Below, piece after piece: positions 42,204 through 56,268 of a stretch of DNA of 64,000 nucleotides (position 1 is the first letter of the stretch; each line of letters starts with the position of its first letter). A model generated the notes under the pieces. It was not told the origin of the DNA. It did no database searches and was given only the letters and a program-made list of their open reading frames with translations. The DNA is taken from positions 148,490,001 through 148,554,000 of the forward strand of contig OX597817.1 of NCBI GenBank assembly GCA_951406725.2, in the 5' to 3' direction. A program made the position numbers and the translations under genes. The DNA comes from Octopus vulgaris (lineage: Eukaryota).

Positions 42204-42519
42204 TATATTGCAGTGTAATAAAATGTGTGTGCCCGTGTATGTGTGTTTGTGTGTATGTGTATTTTGTGTGCCTGTGAGTATGTATGCATGCGTATGTGTG
42301 TATGAATGTGTGTGTGTGTGCGTGTGCGTAATTAATATGAAACATAATACATTGCTCCGAGTGTGTAAGTATGCGTACGTGCATTTGTGTATGTATAAAC
42401 ACTAAGTTCTTCATTGGAAAGTGTGAAGACAAGGTGTACTGGTTCATAATATTTGTATATCTGAGTAGAAATGGTGACGAGTGTTTTTCATTATTAATTA
42501 ATGAGAGACGAAGGTGTTC

Positions 42520-43530
42520 GTCCAGACTGCTTAGAGGATGATGTAGTTAATTTTTAATGCGAATTGTTGTAATGACCTCTGTAGGAATTATATTGGCACA
42601 TAAGTAATTCCAGAAGGTTCCAACTTCGGGGTGATACGATGAACGAAACGTTTAGCGCTGAATATGAGAAGTGAGACACTGAATGTGACGAGTGTATCGG
42701 GTGTGAAATTTCATGGAAGAAGTGTACGCTTTGCATGAAGTGTAATGGTTGACGCTTGTAGGCGGTTGGCTGAAATGACGTTTGTAGAAGGGTGCGTGAA
42801 AATTGATATTATATCTATAAGGGAATGTATATTGTAAGAAGTAACAGGAAGAAGATTATTAATTTATAAAAGGAATATGGTATGAGACGACATAAAAATC
42901 AGTTAAATGCCAAATTTAGGCAATCAATATACGTAGAAATGTCGTATGGCAGATGTCAACCACAGACAACATAATTCTTTTTTTAGTTCCATGGGTTGAA
43001 TATATGAGTGGAGTGTGACGTGGCCGTGTAAATCTTCCGTAATTATGGCCATACTAAACTTGTATTCGAGATTTGTGAGAGACTGAATAGATTTACATGG
43101 TCAAGAAAAGGTGAAAAACATTTTCACATGTGCAAAAAACGGATTTGATCCTTTAAAAGATTGGAAAGAATATAGACTAGTGCCGAAACGTATCATTTGA
43201 TAGTATCAACAAGGTCATAGGGACCGTTTATTTTTGTTGGGTTGGACGATGAGAGAAAGTTTTACAGTTTGCATCTGTGTATAAGTTAGAAGTGAAACAG
43301 GCAGAAAGGTAGCTTATGTGTGTTAAGAGTAGTTATATTGACTGAAGGGTAGTTTATGAATATTATATTGTGTGTTAAGACTGACACTGGAACTAAAATT
43401 GACAAAACTTTTAGTGGTGTTTGGGAGATAGGATGTATGTGAAAATTTGTTAAATCCCTGTCGGGAAATATCCAGGAGTGTAGAATACAGTTTCAAAGAC
43501 GAGGTTGCTTGCAGTCTGCCCACTTCAAGA
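42520..43530 (-). mobile_element. Ancient CR1/L2-like LINE fossil (RT C-terminal part)
   Basis: Remnant motifs in the expected order: LKLY, NTTKS, LEY..VWP, YIDCLNL..FYKLI, PRSWNLL. Confidence 0.5.
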
Positions 43531-44422
43531 ATATAATGTTTGGTTTCAGAAGAGCTGACTTGTGGAACATCTGGTGCTTCGAATGCGTCTCCTGTCAGTA
43601 GTTAGAACCTGAATCTTTGCATTTTCCTATCGTTATTTTCAAAATAACTGCAAATGAAACACGTGACTTTCACATTATTCCTAATCATAACTACTGCAGA
43701 TCAAATAAATACAAACTACGAGTATGTTCCAAAGAAATATATTTCTTGGTTTAGCGGAATCTGGATGGTGTAGTACAATTGCTAGACAACGGTGAGACGA
43801 AGACGAAATATAGTCGATATTTTAAATATGAACGATGCGACATTTAAGAAACAGCTAATATCAATAACTTGAATTATACATGTGAATATGTGTCTGAATG
43901 ACGCATTGCCGATTGTGTGTATAAATATGAATTGCATTTATGAAATATGGTTGTGCATATGCATATGCTTATATAACAATATTATCGTAGTCAGTTGTCT
44001 TGTGTAGCAAAAGGTCATCAGCTCACAGCGACAATAATATTGTTACCGTTTCTTTCCATTGTTATTTACTGTTCGGAATGCCTAGACATCCAAACTCCAT
44101 ATTTCCATTTTTTACTCAACTTAAAGTTGTTTCCTATTTGATATCGGTTTATTTTCTTTCACTTTTCACTGTTCTTATCCCTTTACTCCTTTCCTTTCAT
44201 CTGAATTTAACAATCACCCATAGAGAATATGTCTGTTCATTGAATATATCTCTACTTCATGGTATTTCTATGACTATGAATAAGTAATAAATTAGTGCCT
44301 TATGAAATACAATTTGGGAAGAATAACTTGATAAAAATAATAAAAATACGACACATAATTAATAAGAGTGAGATTTATACATTGTATCAGACCTAGGTTC
44401 ATTAATGGTATTCTGTTTATAC

Positions 44423-44655
44423 AAGGCGGCGAGCTGGAAGAAACGTTAACACGCCGGGCGAAATGCTTAGCAGTATTTCGTCTGCCGTTACGTTCTGAGT
44501 TCAAATTGCGCCGAGGTCGACTTTGCCTTTCATCCTTCCGGGGTCGATTAAATAAGTACCAGTTACGCACTGGGGTCGATATAATCAACTTAATCCGTTT
44601 GTCTGTCCTTTTTTGTCCTCTCTGTGTTTAGCCCCTTGTGGGTAGTAAAGAAATA
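44423..44655 (+). mobile_element. SINE family S2 with 16-bp TSD
   Basis: Full copy; TSD ggtatt(c/t)tgtttatac. Confidence 0.9.
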
Positions 44656-45994
44656 GGTATTTTGTTTATACCATAACAAGGAGCAATTAGATTGTTCTGT
44701 CAGATGCTTATTAACTGGAGCTCACCTCGCGATCCTGCAAACATACCGCCTTATTTCTAATTTAAGAACAAAGACAACAGCTTTGAGGGTAGTGAGGTAG
44801 TCCACACAATTGACTGTACTGTTTGACTAGTAGTATATTTTATCGACACCAGAAGAATGAATAACAAAGTTGACCGTAACGGTATCTAAACATGAAAACA
44901 TACTACGCCACGTTTTCTTCGGACCCCCCAACAATTCTGTTATTCCAACAACAATAATACTAAAACTAACATTTCGACTTTTGCACAACCAATTACATAC
45001 AACTGCTACTAATAATAATTCTATCAGTTCTATAATCATTATCTAAAAGATGCCGTTTATTTTTCTTATACGAACCAAAATATCCCCTTCAGATAAAAAC
45101 ATTTTCCGCTATTGTAAATTTCGTATATAATAGGAGAGATAAACTGGAAGAGAATTTCCAGCTTTCCTCCAGGGTCTGGTGTAGTGTAGGTTTGTTATTG
45201 ATTTTGTGGCTGTACGTGAAGTTCTGCTGATTAATTTTTATATCGATTATTTCCATTCATTCATTCAGCATAGAACATGAACGTATCTATGAATATATGA
45301 ATGCCTGTATGACTGGATAGATGCATAGATCTACATACAAGCAATCTGTCATCTTATCATTGCTCCTTCATCTCTTTCTCTCTCTCTCTCTCTCTCTTTG
45401 CATACATACACACACACACATATGTATATATACACATACACAATATATGTATATATCTGTGTGTGTTTACACATACATTTACATATATATGTGTTTATAT
45501 ATCTCTGTGTCTAAAAGAGTAAAACAAGCTGCTACAGTAGCTTATGATCGGTAGCGTATGATAACGAAGAGATGACTGTTATATTGTGTGATTGAGTGAA
45601 TCATTGTCAATAAGCTGAACGGAGTTTTAAATAAAGTTCAAAATGGTTGTGGATGTAGAAACAGTAATGCACCAGTAGATGTGTTCAGTACTTTAATAAA
45701 TATGTCAAGTAGCTGTCGGAGAAGTCCAGCTAATGATCCGGTTTTATGATAGTTCTTTACTGAACAGTAAATTGTATTGTTTGAGACGCAATTTTTGCAA
45801 TGTATATATGTATACGAGATCACCATAAAAGATTATGAGAGCAAGTTTATTATTGAGAAGGAAATTTTACAGAGATTTTTAGATTTTGTGTATTATTTAT
45901 GCGCAAGCATTGCTGTCTGGTTAAAAAGTTCGCTGCAAACAACGTGGTCCTCGATTCGGTCTCATCGCGTGGCATATTAGGCAAGTGTTTTCTC

Positions 45995-46137
45995 CAGGAA
46001 ACTAACATTTCCAGACGCTATATCTCAGGATTCACGGCTGGATATTAGAGATCTGAACGCAGCCATGCAGGACCATGTAGTGTGGAAAGGGATTGTCAAT
46101 GGAGTTCCGAACAACCATGTTGAAGGATGATGATGAT
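45995..46137 (+). mobile_element. RTE-like LINE 3' tip, preceded by an S3 SINE head at 45900-45990
   Basis: RKLTFPDAISQDSRLDIRDLNAAMQDHVVWKGIV followed by a (GAT)n tail. Confidence 0.6.
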
Positions 46138-48305
46138 AATTGATGGTATAGTCCACGTTGAAATACCAAAAGATTCGTAGGGTTTTTGCTATACTGCGAT
46201 GTAGCTGACTGATAAAAAACGATAGGTGCATATAAGTGAGTTAAGCTTGAGGCCCAGAATAGCCATCTATTAGTTTAAATATTTAGTGATAGCTGGAATA
46301 AGATGCATTGCTTTTGCTAAAGTTCCCAATACTTTGAGATCTACGAAAACCATGTTGCAGGTAACTAAGAAAGGAGATATTCAGCCACATGTGAAAGGTG
46401 GTTGTCGCTTAAAGAGATTGAGAGAGTAGAAGATGTTAGCATCGAAACAGATCGCCTTCATGGAAAAATGTTCAACGTAAGGTAAAATGTGGTCGCTCTT
46501 CTTGATTCTTAAATCTACTAAAATTGACATGGTCGGAATGAGTGTGATAGGATTTACCGCGCACTTTCTGCATAAATGTACAAGCACATTTAGAACTAAC
46601 TAAACAATGAAAGATCGGCGAATACACGATCGCTGTTTGTGAGACTAGAAATCTGGCAGAACTCAACAGAAGACTTTACCTCTTCTGTGTCTTACATGTT
46701 TAGTATCCAACTGTTACAATATTTGTATGAGAAATGGGAGCGTTAAGTTTGAATATTGTCAAAAAGTTATTCTTTTATTGTTTTCAGTATTCTTGAGCTG
46801 CAACTTTGCTAGAGGCAGCGCCGTCGAATGGTTTATTGAATTGCATCAACTCCAATAACTTGACACAACTATTATATAAAATTCTATTAACCGACAAGAT
46901 AATTCCGCGTTGGCATAATAAGGGTCGTTGTCAGATTTAAATATCACCATCAAGCTGAAGTGTCACTTTATGAGAAGGTGTGTCAGTGTGTGTGTGTGTG
47001 TGTGTGTGTGTGCACGTGTGTGTGTGCACGTGTGTGTAAAGCAAAAGGGATATGTTTTATTAAAAGGTAGATCCTTAGGTAATTTACACTAAGCCATATT
47101 CTGCCGCCTTCATAAATTAATATCTGATGTAGATAACCCCTTCTATATTGAGTGTGGTTTATTGGGATTATTAAGTCATTTTCAATAGAAATCATACTTG
47201 CAGGATTTCTGTGTCGGTATATACCTTTAAAGGCATGATGTATATATTTGTATACACGTTGGGTGGCGGGCCATAAAAATGAGGGTACGTCGCCTCATCC
47301 GTCTGTAGACTAGGGAAAGTGCTAGCCACCACTTAGCCTCCCGTGCCAGAGATATGACGTTGGATAACCACCGAGGCAGATGAGTCCAAGACCAAACATT
47401 TGAAGGTTATTCCGGCCAATGTTAGATCTGCATCACCAAACAACAGATGGGCGTCAACTAGCGAGTGAGCTGCTACTGCGAGGTAGCCTCATCGTCGACC
47501 ATGCTCATTACACTCTTGTACACCACATGACACTTCGCGTCGAGACCTAGAGAGGCAATCTGGGAGGATGGGGACATGACGTGCCTTACTCAGCGTCCAA
47601 AGGCGTTTTGTTCAAAGCTGAACAAGGCATCAACGTCGAGCGACCATGGACAACCGGCGAAATCAGATGTCATTACTTCATATCCTGATATTTATACATA
47701 AAGCTTTAAATATAAAAATTATATACGATAAATACAGCATTAACATGAATTATGAATAGAATACAACATTGTTCGTTATTCTTTTCAAAAAATAGTTTTG
47801 GCAATAACCAATAATGAGATCAGAGCTGCCTCCTCTTGCAAGTAACTATTTGATGGTTTCCCAAATAAACAAAGAAGTAGTAATTCAATAATTGCATCAA
47901 ATTATTTCCTTTAATATAGCTCGCTTTCAAAAACAGAAAACAGAGATGTTTATTTCCTGTTAATAACTGCATACATTAACTATCAGCCGGCCGTTTGGAC
48001 TTATACCATATAAAAAATAAAATACCAATACATTTCATCAGACGCACAGATACATGGTAGTTATATGTGAATTTGTTCAAACGTACAAACATATATCTAA
48101 ATACTTAAGCTACAACAACAATTGAGAAAAACACGATTTTCCGAGCAATAAACATTCAACGAAATGCATCATCCTTATTCAAAATCATACTTCATTTAAC
48201 ATGATAAAGGTACAGACACTCAATCAAATAAACTCCACACAGCAGTGAAATCACATGTCTTAACAATTGAATAAACAAATGACACAAAATAGTCTATGTT
48301 GATTA

Positions 48306-48365
<60 letters not shown>

Positions 48366-48512
48366 TGTGAGAGGTAATGGTGTCAGTGAGACCCAAATAT
48401 GTCAGGTAATGCTGCATAAGTACTAGACCATAGTTAAGTTCCATGTTCGCTGATTATGCAAATAGGGGGGCCAACGTAAGTCATATACCAGCGTGTGTAT
48501 ATAAAAAAAATG

Positions 48513-48802
48513 TTCGTAATGAGATGAGGAAAAACAAGGCAGTGTAGATTTTAGAACATTTATAAGAAGGTTTTACTGCTGTTTCTAGGATATTTATTAT
48601 ATCCCTTCATCGGAGACCGTGTGATAAGATCGTTAAGTAATAGTTAATCTAGATAGATTGACTAAATTAACTATTGCTTAACGATCTTCACGCACCGTCT
48701 CCGATGAAGGGATATAATAAATATCCTAGAAACAGATGTAAGACCTTCTTATAAATGTTCTAAAATTTACACTGCCTTGTTTTTTTCTTATCTCATTACG
48801 AA
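48513..48802. mobile_element. Palindromic mini-element carrying two outward-facing hammerhead motifs
   Basis: ~135-bp arms; + strand motif at 48697-48744 GTCT-CCGATGA-AGGGATAT..ATATCCTA-GAAA-CAGATG-TA-AGAC; mirror copy on the minus strand at 48570-48617. Confidence 0.8.
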
Positions 48803-48811
48803 AAAGAAATT

Positions 48812-48864
<53 letters not shown>

Positions 48865-48868
<4 letters not shown>

Positions 48869-49075
48869 AATACCCAAGAAAGAAAACTAAGAAGAAGCAC
48901 AGGGAGAAAACAACAACACGAAGATGTGGTGCATGCAAAAGTATTAGCAGACGTTCAGGGAAGAAAAAAATGGATGTTTTACGTTTCTTCAGAAACAGGA
49001 GCCAGACGAAAGTCCAAGAGGAAAGGTAGAGGAAGGGAAAACTTCACCAACGATTCACATGTGGTTACATTTTGG
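48865..49075 (-). mobile_element. Family P1-related mini-element with hammerhead stem II deleted
   Basis: Minus strand gtttctgaagaaacgtaaaac; flanks resemble 12955-13155. Confidence 0.5.
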
Positions 49076-49076
49076 A

Positions 49077-49109
<33 letters not shown>

Positions 49110-49127
49110 TGTATGTATGTATGTATG

Positions 49128-49201
<74 letters not shown>

Positions 49202-49740
49202 CAGAGAGACAAATAGATAGATAGATATATAGATAGTTAGATAGATAGATTGACAGATAGACAGATAAATTCATGCACATTCACGTACATTTATTTGAGT
49301 ATAGGTAAAAACATATGCGATAGGTTTCTTCGTAGTTTCCGTCTGCAAAATTACATTTTTAGCAAACTAACTAAACAGATACCATGGAAAAAAACAACAA
49401 CACAATATTCTGCTGCGTGAGATCGAACCTTGAATCCAGTTGTAGCAAAACATTCATTAAGAAATCATTGTTGCAGTATAATGAAAATGCAACTGAATAA
49501 TTCTGTATATCATCGTCTCGCTTATGGGTGTGACATACTTCAAATTGTTACATTCGAATAATTTCATAAATAATTGCGTAATTATAAAGGAACTGTCTTT
49601 CATAATAAGCGATATGTGATTAAATTTAGTAAATTACTAATTTTGTAGTTTGATTTATTCTATTTATATCCACGATGTTAACAACTCGTTGATTTTCACA
49701 GCATCGACCCGTAATCGACGGAGGATAGAAAGATACATAG

Positions 49741-49775
<35 letters not shown>

Positions 49776-49921
49776 CACACACACACACACTGGGAGATCG
49801 CGACAAAGAGACAGATATGTGTGCGTGTATGTTTGTGTGTGTTTCTGAGTGTATATATGTATATATATATATATATATATGTATACATGTCTACATATAT
49901 TTGTATCTATTTATCTATCTA

Positions 49922-49956
<35 letters not shown>

Positions 49957-50962
49957 TCGCGTTGCTATATATATATATACATATATATGCCCAAGCAGAT
50001 TCATAGATTACCACCAGGTTGATTTGATTTCCCATTAGTTTTTTAGTGTTGTTTTTAGTTTCCACTTTTATTTACTTCATTATTTGGCTTTATTTTCTGC
50101 TTTGTTTTCTTTCATTTTGTTTGGGTTTTTTTATGTTTCCTTTTTGTTACGTCTTTCAAACGTGTCATCAAAGAAGAACGCGAAATCATAATTTTTTTTT
50201 TTTTTTTTTTTCAGAAGTAGGTTGCCCGAATCTACTCTGAAGATAGTCAATATCAACAACGTCAGCTAATTAAGATAACAAAACGGCCGTGAAATCAGGA
50301 AATCGCAACACCCCGTAAAATCAATCTGTCTGATGCTGATGCTATTTACGATGATGAGAGATTTCGAAAATGAAATTTGTCTTTTACGCTTGATTTAACA
50401 ATTTATAATCAATAAGTTTTTCAAATTCGGAAACCATAACACATCACCAATAATTGAAACCACCTTGATCTGAAGATCTTCATTAATACATGATATTCGA
50501 AAAGTCACACACGCATAGCACACACAAGAAGAATAGAAAATAGTGCTGATGGTTATTTATATGTACAGACAGACATTTATACACGCAAGCATACTGTCTG
50601 CCAGAACTCGCATACACAACATAAATGCTAGCTTACACATATACGTTACGCTATCTCCACCATCAATAGCAAAAAATATATATATAATTAATATTTGCTT
50701 TCCTGATTTTTTGATAATCATGATAAACATCACAAATAGAGCAAAATATTTCAATAATAGTAAAGTTTTTCTATAGTTAACAGGATAATTTGCCGATAAG
50801 CTAGAATGAAAACATTTTCCCTCTTTAATTGTGATCTCAGTGATAAAGGAAAATAATACTCAACATTCGGAATCACTTCTACAATACAATATATGTCATA
50901 TAAAAAAACATGTGTTTATAGGTTTATACGTACATATATACATACATACTTACATATAGGTG

Positions 50963-51030
<68 letters not shown>

Positions 51031-51245
51031 CATACATAACTTTATGTATATATGCATGTATATGTATATATATATATATATATCCATATATATATATATG
51101 CATGTATGCATACATATATATACATACATATATATACATATATATACGCATGTATATATATTTATACATACATATATATATATATATTTATATATATATA
51201 TATATATACATAAATACATACATGCATATATATATATATATATAT

Positions 51246-51332
<87 letters not shown>

Positions 51333-51527
51333 TATCCTTCATCTTTAATTTACGCACAATCAAAAACTATTTTCTCATCATTTGAAATACTCGCCATTTC
51401 TTTCTTTCCTCGGTTCTATTGTTAGGACTAGTCTTCGTTGCTATCCTTACTATTATCATTAAGACTATCATCATCGTCATAATCATCATCATCATCATCA
51501 TTATCATCATTATCATAATCATCATCG

Positions 51528-51562
<35 letters not shown>

Positions 51563-51840
51563 GCATTTTTTATATAAGCATCGTCAAAGTAGAAGCTTTC
51601 ATTAGTCTCACACTCATTACCAATCTGAGCTGGATATAGACAACCAACTATTCCCTATTTCAATATGTAGACTTCAGCATCACCATGATGAAAATCATGA
51701 AAAATCAGCAGCATCAACCTCCTTCTAGCCCTCTTCATCCTCCGCTTTCTCTTCATAATATCGCTTTACATCATCTTCATTCTTATCATCCTCAACCATA
51801 TTTTCATCGTCCACATGTTTCTCCTCTCTCTCTCTCTCTC

Positions 51841-51877
<37 letters not shown>

Positions 51878-51879
<2 letters not shown>

Positions 51880-52503
51880 TATGTTTGAGTTTTGCTTTAT
51901 ATTTGTACAAGTTGGCTCCAAGTCTCACCCAGAGACCTTAAGAGACAACAGGTTGGAATTTCATGTTGTTGTTATGCCTAGTGTGCCATATATTTGGGGG
52001 GTAGTTTTTGGTGTTGTACTAATGAATGTCTAAAAAAAAACAAAAAAAAAACGAAAATTATGTTTGTTTTAAACCTTGAGATTACATAGAAAGTATTTTG
52101 GATAGGATATGAGCAGTTCCCATGAGCACTATCTTTTGAATTTCTGCCATTTTGGGGTTTCCTGGTATCTGAGTTAGGTAGCTATCAGCCCCTTTTGCTA
52201 TCATTCCCAGGGCACTTATGACAACAGATATTGTTTTAGTCTTCAGGTTCCACATGTTGCTGATTTCTATTTCAAGATCTTTATATTTGCTCAGTTTTTG
52301 GTAGGTCTTGACAGATACGTTTATATCGATTGGGATAGTCATATCAATGAGGAGGCATGTTCTTTGTTTGAAGTCTTTCAATATGATGTCTGGCCTAGTT
52401 GCATCTATCTTTCTGTCAGTTTGAATGGTGAAGTTCCAGAGGAGTGAGATATGGTCATTTTCAAGCACTGGGGGTGGTTTGTGTTCCCACCAGTTTTTTT
52501 CAT
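51878..52503 (-). mobile_element. RLE LINE family A, 5'-truncated copy
   Basis: ORF 52082-52525 nearly identical to 17290-17711; same 3'UTR; abuts (TAA)n. Confidence 0.93.
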
Positions 52504-52509
52504 CGCATC

Positions 52510-53640
52510 CATAATATAGTACCAACTGACTGTTATACCCTATTGTAGTTCATGTCTGACCAGACTGGAGCACCTACTCTTCCGCTTTCTGTGGATGGGA
52601 CTCGTTCCGCTTCTCAGGTGATCAATTTGTTTTCAACATACACTAAGTTGAACACTGGCTGATATGAGTGGAATGACGATGCGCAAGCATGCACACAGGC
52701 CGAGGCATCTCCAGTGATTCCTTGACAGTGAACCTGTATTTTCACCGTTTGTCAGATTAGCTTTCCTGTATCTTGTCCCGTTGACTGAGCATTTGACCTG
52801 GGTTAAGCGGAGAGAGAAGCAGGGTGCGCTGCATTAGAATCGTTACGTGTCTCTGCCAATTAGGCAACGCAGTCGGTGGAATTTTCACTTTCAGGTTCTA
52901 TAAAGTTTTACTAGCAGACAGGAGTGAGACATTCTCTGACACATTCTGAGCGTCGGTTAGAAGCAACTGACATGTCTCTTCTGGGGAACATTTGAACCGG
53001 GGCCCATGGATAATATTTGGATGTCTTTGGTCTGGCAGCGCTACCCGAAGAATTTGCTGCATTGAGATAAATTCTACCAGAATGAAATACCCTCAATCGA
53101 GTCTGCTCGACATGCGCGCAGAGTAACGAAACTCTTCTGCGTGCACTCATCCAGTGCCTGAGCATTGCTCGACTTGTGGATTTATCTCGACCACCTGTAA
53201 TTGCAAGTAGAACAGCTCCGGATTTGGGAGTCAATCATGATAAATTTTCCGCACCCTTATTTTGGCCGGCGATGGCAGAAATTATTTATCTGCCTGGTGG
53301 CCTTAGCGCAAGATATTGTATGGTGTAGCAGATTAAAAGGACTGAAGCCAGACACTTTTCACTTTGACCAAACCCTCATCAACTTTCTTAAATGAAATCA
53401 GGGATGGAAATTGAGAAGGAAATGCTGCCTTTCAGCAAATCTGTTGAAAACTAGGTAAATGTGACAAAGATTGTTGGAGTGAATGAGTCTGCTCTGAGCA
53501 TGTAACTTTAGCTTGAGAGAAGCTGATGAAGAGAAGGCATTTGCACTAATTACCAAATTGACTGTGGTTTTGTGGGGCTTAGCACAAAGAACCCACGAAA
53601 GGCGCCCTACTATGGGGAAGTTTTAGCTTTTACTTGTACT
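52510..53640 (+). mobile_element. Tx1/L1-clade LINE 3' fragment, decayed
   Basis: LEHLLFRFLWMG, MRKHA, CCHC-like VCSTCAQSNETLLRALIQC, IVWCSRLKG. Confidence 0.6.
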
Positions 53641-53869
53641 AATATTTTGCTTTGTTATTTTTCGTATTCTTTTGCATCGACGCCCTCCTGAAACACTTCA
53701 TCACATCATACCATAATGGCATTGTTCCGTAGAGCCCTTTGTGCTTGTGTGAACCATTAGTAGTTAAAGAAATCATAACCACCATCTTCTTCTTCGTCTT
53801 CATCTCCTTTTTCCTCCTCTCCTCTCCTTCTCCTCTCCTACTCTTCACCACCCCTTCTTCCTCCTCCTC

Positions 53870-53928
<59 letters not shown>

Positions 53929-53929
<1 letters not shown>

Positions 53930-54020
53930 GAGTAATAGAGCAGTGCATGTCATCAAAGTGATACTGAGTTAAAATATACGAAGCCCAGTATACCCATCAT
54001 GATAAGGGTACCCCAGGCAC
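53929..54020 (-). mobile_element. Truncated copy of the 15189-15743 element
   Basis: gagcagtgcatg..acgaagcccagtatacccatcatgataagggtac; abuts (ATT)n. Confidence 0.7.
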
Positions 54021-54390
54021 CTAAATTAAGTACCAGTTGCGTACTGGGATCGATCTAATCGACTGGCCCCTCCCTACCAAATTTTGGGCCTTGCGCCTAG
54101 AGTAGAAAAGATCATCATCATCATCCTCATCATTATTATTATTATTATCATTATTATTATTATTATTGCTTTTATAAAGGCAACGAGCTGGCAGAATATT
54201 TAGCATGCCGGGCAAAATGATTAGCGGCATTTTGTCCGTCCTTACTTTTTAAGTTCAAATTCCTCCGTGGTCGACTTTTTCCTTTTATCTTTTTGGGGTC
54301 CATAAATTAAGTACCAGTGGAGTACTATGGTCGATGTAATCGACTAGTCCCCTCCGCCAAAATTTCAGGCCTGTGCCTTTAGTAGAATGG
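54021..54390 (+). mobile_element. S2-related SINE pieces (54021-54110 and 54177-54390)
   Basis: gagctggcagaa head and taaattaagtaccag domain. Confidence 0.7.
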
Positions 54391-55073
54391 ATTATTATAA
54401 TTATTTTTATCATCAACATCCTAGCTACTAGAATTTCATTTGAGATTAATATTAATTTTATTTAATTTCATATATGCGGCAGCTTTTAAATCTTGTAAGT
54501 ATGGGGAGGAGAATTAAATTTATTTCTCGTCTTCGTACACCAAACGTTATTTCTTTCCGATACTTAAAACGCTAAGCAAAGCAGATTTCTTTAGTCCGTT
54601 GTTAATATTGAAATGTTTTGTTGTTACTATTATATTTATGAAATATAATAGAAGAGTTTGAAGTTAATTGTTGATTTATTTTATTCCGTAACTCTGAGGG
54701 CAAATTCTATTGATATTTCTCCGACAAGATTTATCACTTCATAACATAATTCAGTAATTCAACCATTGAATGAGAAGAGAAAAATTTAATGCTCCAGTGT
54801 ATTGGTGTTGAAACTATTAACTTGTTCGATGTTATATTCTTCTTAGTCTACAGTTCGTCTTATAGATTTAACCGTAGCGTTCGTCTGTAATTAAAGTTAA
54901 ACGTGCTTTATGGGCAATCACGCCCCGCCATGGCAAATAACTATACAGTAGAACCCCAATTTTCGAACAACTCCGATCACGAATAAATCGTACTTTATCT
55001 CCTGTCTTTCTTATATTTTTTTAATATAGTAGTATTCCGGTTTACGAACACCTCTGATCACTAATAAAACGTG

Positions 55074-55118
<45 letters not shown>

Positions 55119-55122
55119 CCAT

Positions 55123-55207
<85 letters not shown>

Positions 55208-55534
55208 GTAAATATGAAAAATCAACGAAAATGCATATTGCAGAGAGAAAAAAGGCTATTTATGACAGGTAGTGACAAATATATACATTTAGATTGACTG
55301 AGGTAGTAACACGAGTCATAAAGGTCATTATTATGAGATGATTATAAGAAGTTAATAATATTAATATTAAAGTAAGAAACCAAAACGAACCAATTGGTTT
55401 CGTTGATTTTTCATATTTTAACCTTACATTTCCACGTGTATTTTATATTTTCTTTTCGTAACACATTTCCACGTGTATTTTATATTTTCTTTTCGTAACA
55501 TATTTCTACTATATATATATATATATATATATAT

Positions 55535-55795
55535 GGGGAGAATTCACGAAAGAAAAAGCAAAAGACGAAGACAGGTGGTGTAGACAACAAAAATATGTAT
55601 TAGTTTAATGCTCTCGAAGTGAAAAAGTCTTTAACGTTTCGAGCCTACGCTCTTCCGCAGAAAGGAACACAGAAAGGAACAGAGTGAGAAAATAAAGAAT
55701 GTGTAGTGGCTAGCGATCTACCATGGCGAATGCCGGACAGAGGGGTCACACAAGAGAGCTAGGAAGGGGAGACAATAAAGTAGTGCTGATCCGCT
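55535..55795 (-). mobile_element. Family P2 mini-element
   Basis: Minus strand ctgcggaa-gagc-gtag-gctc-gaaa-cgtt-aaag; homologous to 1953-2142. Confidence 0.65.
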
Positions 55796-56036
55796 AAGTT
55801 ATGAGGGTGTAAACCGACGAACACCAGTTGTGGAACAGTGTTTGGAGATAGACTACATACATTCTTTGCACCGAATTCGCTCAGGAGCCTTGATACGCTT
55901 GACGCTATAGTAAATGACACGTGCCTAAGGTGCAGCACAATGGGAATGAACCCGAAACCAGGTGGTTACAAAGCGATCTTCTACAGCTAATACGACTCGA
56001 TACCAGTACAAACTAGCTGGTCTTGACTCCACATCT

Positions 56037-56268
56037 TATTTCTTTACTGCGCACAATGGGCTTAACATAGAGGTGACGAACTTGGACAGACAAAGGGATT
56101 AAGTCGATTACATCGACCCCGGTGCGTAACTGGTACTTAATTTATAGACCCAGAAAGCATGAAAGGCAAAGTCGACCTCGGCGGAACTTGAACTCACAAC
56201 GCAACGGCAGACGAACTACCGCTAAGCATTTCGCCCGGCGTGCTAACGCTTTTGCCAGCTCGCCGCCT
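56037..56268 (-). mobile_element. SINE family S2 with perfect 16-bp TSD
   Basis: TSD TCTTGACTCCACATCT on both sides. Confidence 0.9.

Noticed and set aside
46381-46587. ORF with NPITLIPTMS resembling the LINE RT motif RPISLL
   Set aside because: Single weak motif; not enough to call
50190-50270. Strong poly-T acceptor followed by SRLPESTLKIVNINNVS*
   Set aside because: Very short with no supporting upstream exon; may be chance
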